A DNA stretch of 64,000 nucleotides from a plasmid: the sequence record NZ_CP020429.2; one strand, 5' to 3'. The notes under the pieces are model-generated. The model was given only the letters and a program-made list of their open reading frames with translations, was not told the origin of the DNA and made no database searches. Positions 20,050 through 29,305 of the stretch are shown piece after piece; the first letter of the stretch is position 1; each line of letters starts with the position of its first letter. A program made the translations under genes and the position numbers.

Positions 20050-21123
20050 TTATAAATCACTCAAAGCTTCCTTAGTTGTCTCTGCAGCTACGTGTGCATA
20101 TACCTCTACCATCGCAGTCCCCTTGTGTCCTAATTGTTGGGAGACTAGGAGGCTGTCTTTTGTTTGCTCATATAGACGTGTCGCAAGTGTGTGTCGCAAT
20201 TTGTGGGGAGTAGTGGGTTTACCATAGGCGGTAGATAACTTCTTCACCAAAAGCTCGACAGAACGTGTTCCAAGCCTTGCAGGCACTTTATTTTGAGTCG
20301 TTAAGAAGAATGCTTTATCTGAATCACTTGCTGCGTAGCGTCCCTTCCTAATTTCTAAGTAACGCTCAATATAAGGTATACCAAATGGAGCGATATTTAC
20401 AACGTCCTTTTTACCACCTTTTCGAATAACTGTAATCGTCCTTGTGGCTAGATTGACATCTTGCATATCTAGGTTCACTAGTTCAGATAAACGGACTCCA
20501 GTTGAGAGTAGAAGTGCTATAACAGCAAGATCACGCTCTTTATTTTTGACAAACGATACCTGGGCACGTTTTGAGATTTTCTTTTCGTGCTCATTGTCGA
20601 TATAATCTAGGAAAGACTGTGTATCGTTTAGAAAGAGTTTTTCTTTCATGTTATCTGCACGACTAGCTAAGGTATCTTTAGGTTTCTTGATTTTCACCTT
20701 AACCATGACATTTCGGTAGAAATAAGGCTCACCCTCGTCGTCCTCAGTTTCTTGAGTAAGATACTTAAACAAACTAGAGAGGGCATCTTTAGTTCGAATA
20801 ATACTGACTTCAGATATTGAACGACGCTCAGTATTTTCACGAAGGTAAACAAAGTAGCCTTCGATAACAGACTTTGGTAAATGGGCCAGCTCATCAATAT
20901 GAACATCAGCAATCGTATCATAGTCTGCATAACGTACAGTTTCACCCAATTTCTCATGATCGCTAATCAACCATTCAAAAAATCGTCTATATTCTTTTAA
21001 GTACTCATACAGTGTCTTGTAGCTATATGGAATAACGAGCTTTGCTTGATAATATTCCTTAACATACCAAGGCATAATTTCAAGCAACTCGTTTATATTT
21101 TTCATAAGTGTTTCTTGTTTCAT
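20050..21123 (-). CDS. xerS: XerS-type tyrosine recombinase (chromosome dimer resolution)
   Basis: 356 aa; the N-terminus IMPWYVKEYYQAKL...YEYLKEYRRFFEWL and C-terminus PHKLRHTLATRLY...VSQQLGHKG closely resemble streptococcal XerS as I recall it. Confidence 0.85.
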   Translation of the reverse strand: MKQETLMKNINELLEIMPWYVKEYYQAKLVIPYSYKTLYEYLKEYRRFFEWLISDHEKLGETVRYADYDTIADVHIDELAHLPKSVIEGYFVYLRENTERRSISEVSIIRTKDALSSLFKYLTQETEDDEGEPYFYRNVMVKVKIKKPKDTLASRADNMKEKLFLNDTQSFLDYIDNEHEKKISKRAQVSFVKNKERDLAVIALLLSTGVRLSELVNLDMQDVNLATRTITVIRKGGKKDVVNIAPFGIPYIERYLEIRKGRYAASDSDKAFFLTTQNKVPARLGTRSVELLVKKLSTAYGKPTTPHKLRHTLATRLYEQTKDSLLVSQQLGHKGTAMVEVYAHVAAETTKEALSDL

Positions 21124-21141
21124 ATTAGCCTCAAATCTAAC

Positions 21142-21215
21142 AATTTTCTTGTTAGTAGTAGTTTATCATAACTAATATGTGTATTCAACAAATACTTATT
21201 TTCCGAACATACACA
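21142..21215. other. candidate dif-like region upstream of xerS (uncertain)
   Basis: AATTTTCTTG (21142-21151) and TTATTTTCCGAA (21197-21208) resemble the right and left arms of difSL as I recall it, but they are not contiguous. Confidence 0.25.
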
Positions 21216-21245
21216 CATTGTTCCATAAATTTTTTCCAAAGCTAT

Positions 21246-21284
21246 AAAAAGGATAACATCTTCTAAAAAAATGTTATCCTTTTA
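21246..21284 (-). terminator. intrinsic terminator of the 21314-24997 gene
   Basis: AAAAAGGATAACAT...ATGTTATCCTTTT hairpin. Confidence 0.7.
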
Positions 21285-21313
21285 GTGAAAATTAATTACT
21301 TTTGTGGCTCACT

Positions 21314-24300
21314 CTATTTAAATTTTCTATCAGAGCGTTTAAATTTAATATCTTTATCAAGAAGTTGGAGCAATGGAGTCACATGCTCTGGATTAGAAAA
21401 TTTAGGTCCGAAAATAACTTGTTTTAATTGAACGGGCATATCACGTTCTAAATAAAGCTTCGCAACAGGACCACTATTATCAATTTTTATCTCATTATTA
21501 TCTGGAGTTAAGTCAGCATATCTCAAAATACGTAGCTCGGATTCATAGCTGTAGTCTGATACTTTAAAAAGATAACGTATTTCCTCGAGGCATTCCTCTA
21601 CAGCACTGTACAGTAGTGTATTTTCCTTTATCTCTCTCACAAGGGACTTAATAATTTTTAGGCAATAATTTATAATTTTTATTTCTGCTCCATTTAACAT
21701 CTTATTATTATCTTTTTTTACCGCTTTTAATCTACTGTTGTTTAATGATTTTTCATTAAGGTAACAAATTCGATAAAGTAAGTCTTTGTTTGTAGAATCT
21801 ATATTTTTTTTCAAATTTGGAGTAGCTTTTTTCTCTTTCAAATTTGGAGTAGCTTTTTTCTCTTTCATCCACTCTGCTTCAGCCATTGACTTAACAACTT
21901 TAAAACTATCTGGTTTAAACACCAGACAAACACCTTCCGCTCTAGCACCATATTGCGACCACATTGCTAAATCATCAATTGCAGTTGTTAAACTCATCAA
22001 AAACCAGGGGCTAGGTTTTAAAGAATCTTCTAAATTATCTGATTCACTTATACCTAGAAATTTATCTAAGATAGTTCCTTCCTCAGGATCATTCATATAC
22101 TTAACATTTCCTAAACGTGTCCGCCCCTCAATAGAATACTTTCTTTTATTATCGCTACTTTGTTTTAAGAGTATTTGTAAAACATCTCCTGAGGTATAGT
22201 GTCCAAATTTTTTTTCTGATAAATCTTTAATAGATAATTGATACTTAATTTTTTGTACTATCCAGTATATTCTAATTAGTTGATCTTTGTCAGAATCTTC
22301 TAAATCTTTTAGCAGTTCTATTAAAGGAGCATATCCTGGCAGTTTAAAACCATCTAATTCAATGATAGTATTAAACATTTTCTTAATAACTGGAACTACA
22401 TCACTATTAAACGAATCTGGATTATCATTAGAATAAAAAATATTACCTATAATATCTTCAGAGATTATATCTTCTAATAAATTTCTTATATTTGCCTTAT
22501 TAGAAAACTTTTTATAAATTTCAATCACTTTATCAAAAGTTTTCATTAAATCCTGTTCAGTATCCTGTCTACTTTCTAAATAAACTAATGCTTTTGCATA
22601 TACATATGCTACGGCTTCTGAGTCTGGAAACTTCTCGTAAATAACAGAAACTTTAGCTACCGTTGACTTTATGTCATCTAAGCTTTCCAACCTGCTGGCT
22701 AGAGTATATAGTGTACTTACATATTGGAACGCTACGGCTTCTGAATCAGAAAACCTCTCGTAAATAACAGAAGCTTTAGCTACCGTTAACTTTATGTCAT
22801 CTGAGCTTTCTAGCCTGCCTAGTAGAGTATTTAATATACTTACATAGAAATATGCTACGGCTTCTGCATCTGGAAACTTCTCGTAAACACCAGAAGCTTT
22901 AGCTTCCGTTGACTCTATGTCAGCTAGACTTTTCTGGATTCTTGCTAGAGTATCTAATGTACTTACATAGAGGAATGCTACTTTTTCTGAATCAGAAAAC
23001 CTCTCGTAAACACCAGAAGCTTTAGCTTCCGTTGACTCTATGTCATCTAGACTTTTCTGGATTCTTGCTAGAGTATCTAATGTACTTACATAGGGGAATG
23101 CTACGGCTTCTGAATCAGAAAACCTCTCGTAAACACCAGAAGCTTTAGCTTCCGTTGACTCTACGTCATCTAGACTTTTCTGGCTGCTTGCTAGAGTATC
23201 TAATGTACTTACATAGCGGAATGCTACTTCTTCTGAATCAGAAAACCTCTCGTAAATAACAGAAACTTTAGCTACCGTTGACTTTATGTCATCTAAGCTT
23301 TCCAACCTGCTTGCTAGAGTATATAGTGTACTTACATACTGGGATGCTACGGCTTCTGAATCTGGAAACTTCTCGTAAATAACAGAAGCTTTAGCTACCG
23401 TTGACTCTATGTCATCTAGACTTTTCTGGATTCTTGCTAGAGTATCTAATGTACTTACATAGCGGAATGCTACTTCTTCTGAATCAGAAAACCTCTCGTA
23501 AACACCAGAAGCTTTAGCTTCCGTTGACTCTACGTCAGCTAGACTATCCTGCGTTTCTGCTAGAGTATCTAGTGTCCTTACATACTGGGATGCTACTTCT
23601 TCTGAATCAGAAAACCTCTCGTAAACACCAGAAGCTTTAGCTTCCGTTGACTCTACGTCAGCTAGACTATCCTGCGTTTCTGCTAGAGTATCTAGTGTCC
23701 TTACATACTGGGATGCTACTTCTTCTGAATCAGAAAACCTCTCGTAAACACCATAAGCTTTAGCTACCGTTGACTTTATGTCATCTAAGCTTTCCAACCT
23801 GCTTGCTAGAGTATCTAATGTACTTACATAGCGGAATGCTACGGCTTCTGAGTCAGAAAACCTCTCGTAAACACCATAAGCTTTAGCTACCGTTGACTTT
23901 ATGTCATCTAAGCTTTCCAACCTGCTTGCTAGAGTATATAGTGTACTTACATATTGGAACGCTACCTCTTCTGAATCAAAAAACCTTTCGTAAACACCAT
24001 AAGCTTTAGCTACCGTTGACTTTATGTCATCTGAGCTTTCTAGCCTGCCTAGTAGAGTATTTAATATACTTATATAGAAATATGCTACTTCTTCTGAATC
24101 AGAAAACCTCTTGTAAACACCATAAGCTTTAGCTACCGTTGACTCTACGTCAGCTAGACTATCCTGCGTTTCAGCTAGACTATCTAGTGTCCTCACATAC
24201 TGGGATGCTAGTTCTTCTGAATCAGAAAACCTCTCGTAAACACCAGAAGCTTTAGCTTCCGTTGACTTTATGTCACCTAAGCTTTCCAACCTGCTTGCTA

Positions 24301-24997
24301 GAGTATCTAATGTACTTACATAGCGGAATGCTACGGCTTCTGAATCAGAAAACCTCTCGTAAACACCATAAGCTTTAGCTACCGTTGACTTTATGTCATC
24401 TAAGCTTTCCAACCTGCTTGCTAGAGTATATAGTGTACTTATATATTGGAACGCTACCTCTTCTGAATCAAGAAACCTTTCGTAAACACCAGAAGCTTTA
24501 GCTACCGTTGACTTTATGTCATCTGAGCTTTCTAGCCTGCCTAGTAGAGTATTTAATATACTTATATAGAAATATGCTACTTCTTCTGAATCAGAAAACC
24601 TCTCGTAAACACCAGAAGCTTTAGCTACCGTTGACTCTACGTCAGCTAGACTATCCTGCGTTTCAGCTAGACTATCTAGTGTCCTCACATACTGGGATGC
24701 TACTTCTTCTGAATCAGAAAACCTCTCGTAAACACCATAAGCTTTAGCTACCGTTGACTCTATGTCAGCTAGACTTTTCTGGCTGCTTGCTAGAGTATCT
24801 AATGTACTTACATAGCGGAATGCTACGGCTTCTGAATCTGGAAACTTCTTGTAAATATCATAAGCTTTAGCAACAGTATTATTAATATCTTTGATATCAG
24901 AAAAATTTGTTTTACTAATAATATCCTCAAGTTCTTTCAACGACTTTTGCATCGCTTCGAAATCCTTATTCTGATCATCATTCATAATTCTCTCCAA
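21314..24997 (-). CDS. large cytoplasmic protein with about 19 tandem 41-aa helical repeats and a DUF2971-like C-terminal domain
   Basis: No signal peptide; repeat unit STVAKAYGVYERFSDSEEVAFRYVSTLDTLASRLESLDDIK; C-terminal region carries a GNVKYMNDPEEG segment reminiscent of the DUF2971 NDP-E hallmark. Confidence 0.75.
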   Translation of the reverse strand: MERIMNDDQNKDFEAMQKSLKELEDIISKTNFSDIKDINNTVAKAYDIYKKFPDSEAVAFRYVSTLDTLASSQKSLADIESTVAKAYGVYERFSDSEEVASQYVRTLDSLAETQDSLADVESTVAKASGVYERFSDSEEVAYFYISILNTLLGRLESSDDIKSTVAKASGVYERFLDSEEVAFQYISTLYTLASRLESLDDIKSTVAKAYGVYERFSDSEAVAFRYVSTLDTLASRLESLGDIKSTEAKASGVYERFSDSEELASQYVRTLDSLAETQDSLADVESTVAKAYGVYKRFSDSEEVAYFYISILNTLLGRLESSDDIKSTVAKAYGVYERFFDSEEVAFQYVSTLYTLASRLESLDDIKSTVAKAYGVYERFSDSEAVAFRYVSTLDTLASRLESLDDIKSTVAKAYGVYERFSDSEEVASQYVRTLDTLAETQDSLADVESTEAKASGVYERFSDSEEVASQYVRTLDTLAETQDSLADVESTEAKASGVYERFSDSEEVAFRYVSTLDTLARIQKSLDDIESTVAKASVIYEKFPDSEAVASQYVSTLYTLASRLESLDDIKSTVAKVSVIYERFSDSEEVAFRYVSTLDTLASSQKSLDDVESTEAKASGVYERFSDSEAVAFPYVSTLDTLARIQKSLDDIESTEAKASGVYERFSDSEKVAFLYVSTLDTLARIQKSLADIESTEAKASGVYEKFPDAEAVAYFYVSILNTLLGRLESSDDIKLTVAKASVIYERFSDSEAVAFQYVSTLYTLASRLESLDDIKSTVAKVSVIYEKFPDSEAVAYVYAKALVYLESRQDTEQDLMKTFDKVIEIYKKFSNKANIRNLLEDIISEDIIGNIFYSNDNPDSFNSDVVPVIKKMFNTIIELDGFKLPGYAPLIELLKDLEDSDKDQLIRIYWIVQKIKYQLSIKDLSEKKFGHYTSGDVLQILLKQSSDNKRKYSIEGRTRLGNVKYMNDPEEGTILDKFLGISESDNLEDSLKPSPWFLMSLTTAIDDLAMWSQYGARAEGVCLVFKPDSFKVVKSMAEAEWMKEKKATPNLKEKKATPNLKKNIDSTNKDLLYRICYLNEKSLNNSRLKAVKKDNNKMLNGAEIKIINYCLKIIKSLVREIKENTLLYSAVEECLEEIRYLFKVSDYSYESELRILRYADLTPDNNEIKIDNSGPVAKLYLERDMPVQLKQVIFGPKFSNPEHVTPLLQLLDKDIKFKRSDRKFK
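22560..24880 (-). repeat. 123-bp tandem repeats (about 19 units) in the coding sequence
   Basis: Repeat boundaries atgctac... recur at 123-nt spacing, e.g. 23221 and 23344. Confidence 0.8.
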
Positions 24998-25154
24998 ATT
25001 CTCTTCATAAGATTGTAAAATAACATAATAATCACTAGGTTAGAGTTTTTATAGAAAGCCACTAGAGTTGACAAAACCATAGCAAATCAAAACCCTGCTC
25101 ATCAAACACGAGCAATTTAAAAACTTTATCATAACCAGAAATCATTAAACACTA

Positions 25155-25180
25155 AAAAAGCTGATTTCTCAGCTTTTAAA
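25155..25180. terminator. bidirectional terminator
   Basis: AAAAAGCTGA...TCAGCTTTT. Confidence 0.6.
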
Positions 25181-25193
25181 TCAATCATAGAGC

Positions 25194-25412
25194 TTAATTA
25201 CTTTTGAATTGCATCGCTTCATCACTCTGCACAAACTCTCGTTGAGCATCTGTTAATTCTTCAAGTTCATCACAACCAATAAGTCCAAAAGCCTCCATAC
25301 CATCTTTAGTACTTACGATGTATGCCTCAAGTTCCCTAGCTTTGTCAACGTCTGACACTAAGTAAATGTTTTGTTTAGTCATTACTTCATCGGCCATTTT
25401 TATCTCCTTCAA
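25194..25412 (-). CDS. small acidic hypothetical protein (last gene of the cro-side operon)
   Basis: 72 aa; GGAG SD; 12 nt after the upstream gene. Confidence 0.5.
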   Translation of the reverse strand: MKEIKMADEVMTKQNIYLVSDVDKARELEAYIVSTKDGMEAFGLIGCDELEELTDAQREFVQSDEAMQFKSN

Positions 25413-25426
25413 CCCCTTATTATTGT

Positions 25427-26419
25427 TTAATCTTCCCCAAATTTATCATGTTGGGTCCTGAAGGCGTATAATGGATCAAAATCTGAATCAAGTTTATTGT
25501 TGTCGTCAGCTTGTTCAGCCATCTTAGCATTTAAACTATTTTCCATCCTCCCAATACAATCCATTACCTTCCTTATCATTGTAAGGGTTTCAGAAGTAAT
25601 TTTCAAGACCTCACTTGAATTTTCGTTGTTTTTGATTTTATCTGAGCTTTTCATTTTCTGCTTTAGACGCTCTTCAATTTCGTCTAAACGTAGCTCTTTC
25701 ATGTTTTGTTGAGGTTCTGCAGTGGCTGATACTGGCTCTAAAGGTTTTATGCTCTCAACCGTTAAATCTTCAATTTTTGTGACGTTCATAATTACCTTAG
25801 CGCGTGATTCTTCTTTACCATTATGACCTGGTATATAGATATAGTTGTTGCTACCAAAAAAAGATTGTTGGGTAATATCATTCTTAGCTAAGCATTCAAA
25901 TAGTGAATCGTGTCCTTCTACCAAACTCTTAGCAAAATAAATATTTCTCGTGTCTCGGAAAAGTTGGGTATTGAAAATAAATGGTCTGTTCTTAGGGAAA
26001 TTATTGACGTGGGGAGAATGGAAAAAATGTTCTGTTGATAGGTAATGTACGTAAGGGACCTTGCTGAGTAGCTGAGACAAAGTATTCGTATCCATCTGAG
26101 CCTGCTCATCAAAGAGGAAGATATCTGTAATGTGGTTTGTTGAAGATGTTACTAACTCAATATCCTTTTTTAAATAGCCCGCTAGCAGAACGGCATGTTT
26201 TTTCTCATCCTCTAGGTCTGCATGATTGTGGGTAATCGTAATCTTAGCTTTATCTTCTAAATACGATAGAGCATTCCAAGAAATATGTGACTTAAACCCC
26301 ATAATAGCGACTCTGTGGTCTTTAGATTTAGCAAAATTAGTCAGCTTATGAAAAAAGGGAGAGGCTTCAAAAGGAGATAGGACGTAGGGATCAATATAGA
26401 TATTAAGCATCAGTATCAC
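25427..26419 (-). CDS. hypothetical protein
   Basis: 330 aa; start overlaps the stop of the upstream gene; C-terminal coiled-coil and acidic tail. Confidence 0.6.
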   Translation of the reverse strand: MILMLNIYIDPYVLSPFEASPFFHKLTNFAKSKDHRVAIMGFKSHISWNALSYLEDKAKITITHNHADLEDEKKHAVLLAGYLKKDIELVTSSTNHITDIFLFDEQAQMDTNTLSQLLSKVPYVHYLSTEHFFHSPHVNNFPKNRPFIFNTQLFRDTRNIYFAKSLVEGHDSLFECLAKNDITQQSFFGSNNYIYIPGHNGKEESRAKVIMNVTKIEDLTVESIKPLEPVSATAEPQQNMKELRLDEIEERLKQKMKSSDKIKNNENSSEVLKITSETLTMIRKVMDCIGRMENSLNAKMAEQADDNNKLDSDFDPLYAFRTQHDKFGED

Positions 26420-27854
26420 CTTCTTCTTGATTTAACTCTTCTAGTTCGACATCTTTGATTAGTGGACGCTCGTTAAACGCTTCATTCATTCTAAAAGGTA
26501 TGTATTTGGCTACACGACCACCATCAGTTGCATTTTGACTTCTGATAACAACAAGAGACTTATCAATCCCTTCTTCTGCAGCAAGCTCCAGATTGAGGAA
26601 AATAATGTTATTGAGGTTCTTATAGCCACCATTTTCAATAAGCATATACTTGTCTTCAATTTCTTGAATATCGTCAAAATTGTCAACGATAATCAATAGA
26701 TAACGTTTGCTGCCTTCTTCGTCAAAACCATCCTCAAAACGTCCAAAGTGTTTAAAGACATTAAGCAATTTATCAAGATCGCTGGTATCACCAACGTTAG
26801 TGATATAAGGATACACATCAAAAAGATTCTTTGTACCGTCACCTTCCTTTTTATTGAGAGCTAACTGACCGATAAAGAGATATCTAGGAACATGGACCGT
26901 ATATGTACGCTCTTTCTTCTTCGCCTTTTTAGCTTGTAATTCTGATTTTCGTTTCTCCATACCAGAAAGAGGACTTGTCCCCTCACTCTTTTCTTGTGTC
27001 TTTGTCACTGTATACGTGAACTTCTCCAGTTTTGACGTAGGAACAAAATAGGCATAGTTTTGATTAAATTTGAGGTTCTGATAAGCATCTACGACCTTCC
27101 AGTATCGAATAGGAGAGTAGTTATCTTCTTCCCGAAGAATGTCTTTCCATTTATATGTGAAGTTTCTGCTGATCTTATTTGCTAGTAAGAGCAACATTGT
27201 TCCATGGCTGTAAATAGAGTAACTTGTCGCAAGAGCCCCTGGAGTATCTTCACGTTCGAACTCCCACTCTTGAACTAAGTAAAACTCTCTGAGTCGTTTG
27301 AGATGTGGTTTGATTTTAGGAATCGGTAAACCAAACTCCCTTGTAATTTGAAGGAGTTGAACATTTCTGAATGTAGCTATAAATAGTAGGATATCCATAT
27401 CTAACTGGTTTAATTGCTTACTAATTAGCTCATAGTCCGTTTCTTGACTATAGTTGATTTGGATGATGTAATCTTCTTGAAGTTGCAAATGGAAAGGAAA
27501 GTCATTGTTTGGGTATACTTGTTTTAGTAATGGTATCGAGGCATACTTATTATAATAGTCGTCCGAAAATCGAGAAACAGTATTCAATGTTGCTTTTCCA
27601 TCGATTGTTCTTACCCCAAAACGACGTAGTCTTTCATTGAATTTTTTAACGAAGTCTTGATAGGCTTCCAGTGCTTCAGCAGAAGGCTTTTCTCCTGTTT
27701 CAGATAATCGGACTGTCCCATCAGGCATGAGAGTAACTTCTTCCCCATTAAATTTTTTCTTCGGATAAAGTGGGAGATTGATTTTCTTAGCAATATTTTG
27801 GAACCATTTTTTATTACCTGGTGTTCTTGTCATTTGTCTAGTCCTTCTCTTCAA
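26403..27854 (-). CDS. hypothetical protein with a basic N-terminus and putative winged-helix segment (possible replication or DNA-binding protein)
   Basis: 483 aa; MKRRTRQMTRTPGNKKW basic start; preceded by a promoter carrying the GGTGTCACTGGG motif. Confidence 0.6.
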   Translation of the reverse strand: MKRRTRQMTRTPGNKKWFQNIAKKINLPLYPKKKFNGEEVTLMPDGTVRLSETGEKPSAEALEAYQDFVKKFNERLRRFGVRTIDGKATLNTVSRFSDDYYNKYASIPLLKQVYPNNDFPFHLQLQEDYIIQINYSQETDYELISKQLNQLDMDILLFIATFRNVQLLQITREFGLPIPKIKPHLKRLREFYLVQEWEFEREDTPGALATSYSIYSHGTMLLLLANKISRNFTYKWKDILREEDNYSPIRYWKVVDAYQNLKFNQNYAYFVPTSKLEKFTYTVTKTQEKSEGTSPLSGMEKRKSELQAKKAKKKERTYTVHVPRYLFIGQLALNKKEGDGTKNLFDVYPYITNVGDTSDLDKLLNVFKHFGRFEDGFDEEGSKRYLLIIVDNFDDIQEIEDKYMLIENGGYKNLNNIIFLNLELAAEEGIDKSLVVIRSQNATDGGRVAKYIPFRMNEAFNERPLIKDVELEELNQEEGDTDA

Positions 27855-27990
27855 TTTTTTGGAACCATTATACTAAACCTCATATACCTTCTATAACCCA
27901 GTGACACCCACCTTGTTTATGAAGACACAAAAAAAGGATATGTTTTTATATCCTTTTCCCCTTTATTCATTCTATATTCAATTCTAAAAT

Positions 27991-28719
27991 CTACTTAAAT
28001 ACTACACTTTCTGAGTTGTATAATAGTTTACCGCTAGAGAAACGAAGTTGAGAACTCCTTAAAAATCTTTTTTCAATCACTTCATCTACTGCAGCATCGT
28101 CAAAATGGATGACCTCTCCGACTTTTTTCAAACATCCCGCTTCACTTGAATCAAGCAAGCTGAAGATTTTCGCTAAATCTGGAACTTCTCCGACACCAGC
28201 GTATTTAAACAATTCGGCTAAGGGAATGTAATTTGTCAGTGTCTTAAGTGGTAAATTCTGAATGTATTCCCTGCAACCTTTCATGAAGGCTAATTTTTTC
28301 ACTTCATTTTGTTGACGATTATTTGTCAAACTAGAAATCCTTACTTGGACTTCTTTAGAAGCTAACTTATTTTGTCCCGCAAGCAACATATCAAATAACA
28401 TATATTGATAATACGTTGATATCACATCTTTAGCTATGGCTTTAGCTTCAGTCTCTGATTTTTCCTCTTCGATTAATTTTCTCCAGAGTTTATCAGATAT
28501 ATCTCTGGTTGCCTGATAAAACCACGGTGATCCAAATTTCTTATATCGAGTAATTGCAAATGGCCCTTCTGAGTCAATCATATACTCAATAATGGTTCGA
28601 CATAAGTCATCACTAAATACATGGATGAATGATTCTAGCTTTTCTTCTAGGTCTTCTAAAGTTATTTTTTTAGGGTTAGTGATTGCTGTTGTCATTGTCC
28701 CTCCCTTATCTTCCATCAT
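27991..28719 (-). CDS. hypothetical protein
   Basis: 242 aa; follows the cro-like gene. Confidence 0.55.
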   Translation of the reverse strand: MMEDKGGTMTTAITNPKKITLEDLEEKLESFIHVFSDDLCRTIIEYMIDSEGPFAITRYKKFGSPWFYQATRDISDKLWRKLIEEEKSETEAKAIAKDVISTYYQYMLFDMLLAGQNKLASKEVQVRISSLTNNRQQNEVKKLAFMKGCREYIQNLPLKTLTNYIPLAELFKYAGVGEVPDLAKIFSLLDSSEAGCLKKVGEVIHFDDAAVDEVIEKRFLRSSQLRFSSGKLLYNSESVVFK

Positions 28720-28764
28720 AAAACGCTGCGTAATATTTTAGATGCCAAAGATTAGTAATTAGTG

Positions 28765-28953
28765 CTATCTTATTCCTAAAATATCGTCAGTAGAAACACC
28801 AAAGTATTCAGCTAAGGCTACAACGTTTTCCATACGAATATTAGCTCCATTTTCCCATTTGTCGATAGTCCCTGCATCAACATTAAGATTATGAGCTAAC
28901 GCTTTCTTTGAGAGCTTCTTTCGTCGTCTCAATTCTGAAATAATGTTTCCCAT
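28765..28953 (-). CDS. Cro-like XRE-family HTH regulator
   Basis: 62 aa; LSKKALAHNLNVDAGTIDKWENG is the HTH_XRE signature; divergent from the cI-like gene. Confidence 0.8.
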   Translation of the reverse strand: MGNIISELRRRKKLSKKALAHNLNVDAGTIDKWENGANIRMENVVALAEYFGVSTDDILGIR

Positions 28954-29305
28954 GTATATATATAACCTGCCTAATCTTTATGTTTCTGAATTGATTTTAC
29001 TATTTTTGTGTCAAACAATCAAGAGAATTTCATAATTTAATTACACCTTACTCACATTATTTTAATCATTCAATTGTTTAATAGATAATAAACATGCCTT
29101 TATCATCATTTTCCTTTAACACATCATGGGTTTTTGTTTTACTTTTTATTGATTAAATAAAATAACGCTTATACTAATTTATACAGTATATATACTGTAT
29201 AACGTATTATTTTTCTGTATTTGTTTATTGTTTCTAAAACTGCTATAATGATTTTGATTATAAAAAATTATAATTTTTTTAGGAAGACGTGTGTAGGGAA
29301 GATAC
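28954..29305. promoter_or_regulatory. AT-rich divergent promoter/operator region between the cro-like and cI-like genes
   Basis: 352-bp AT-rich intergenic region with multiple TATAAT-like boxes between divergent regulators. Confidence 0.4.

Noticed and set aside
21786-22199. 137-aa plus-strand ORF
   Set aside because: Lies antisense inside the 1227-aa repeat-protein gene and spans its internal 30-bp duplication; no independent signals.
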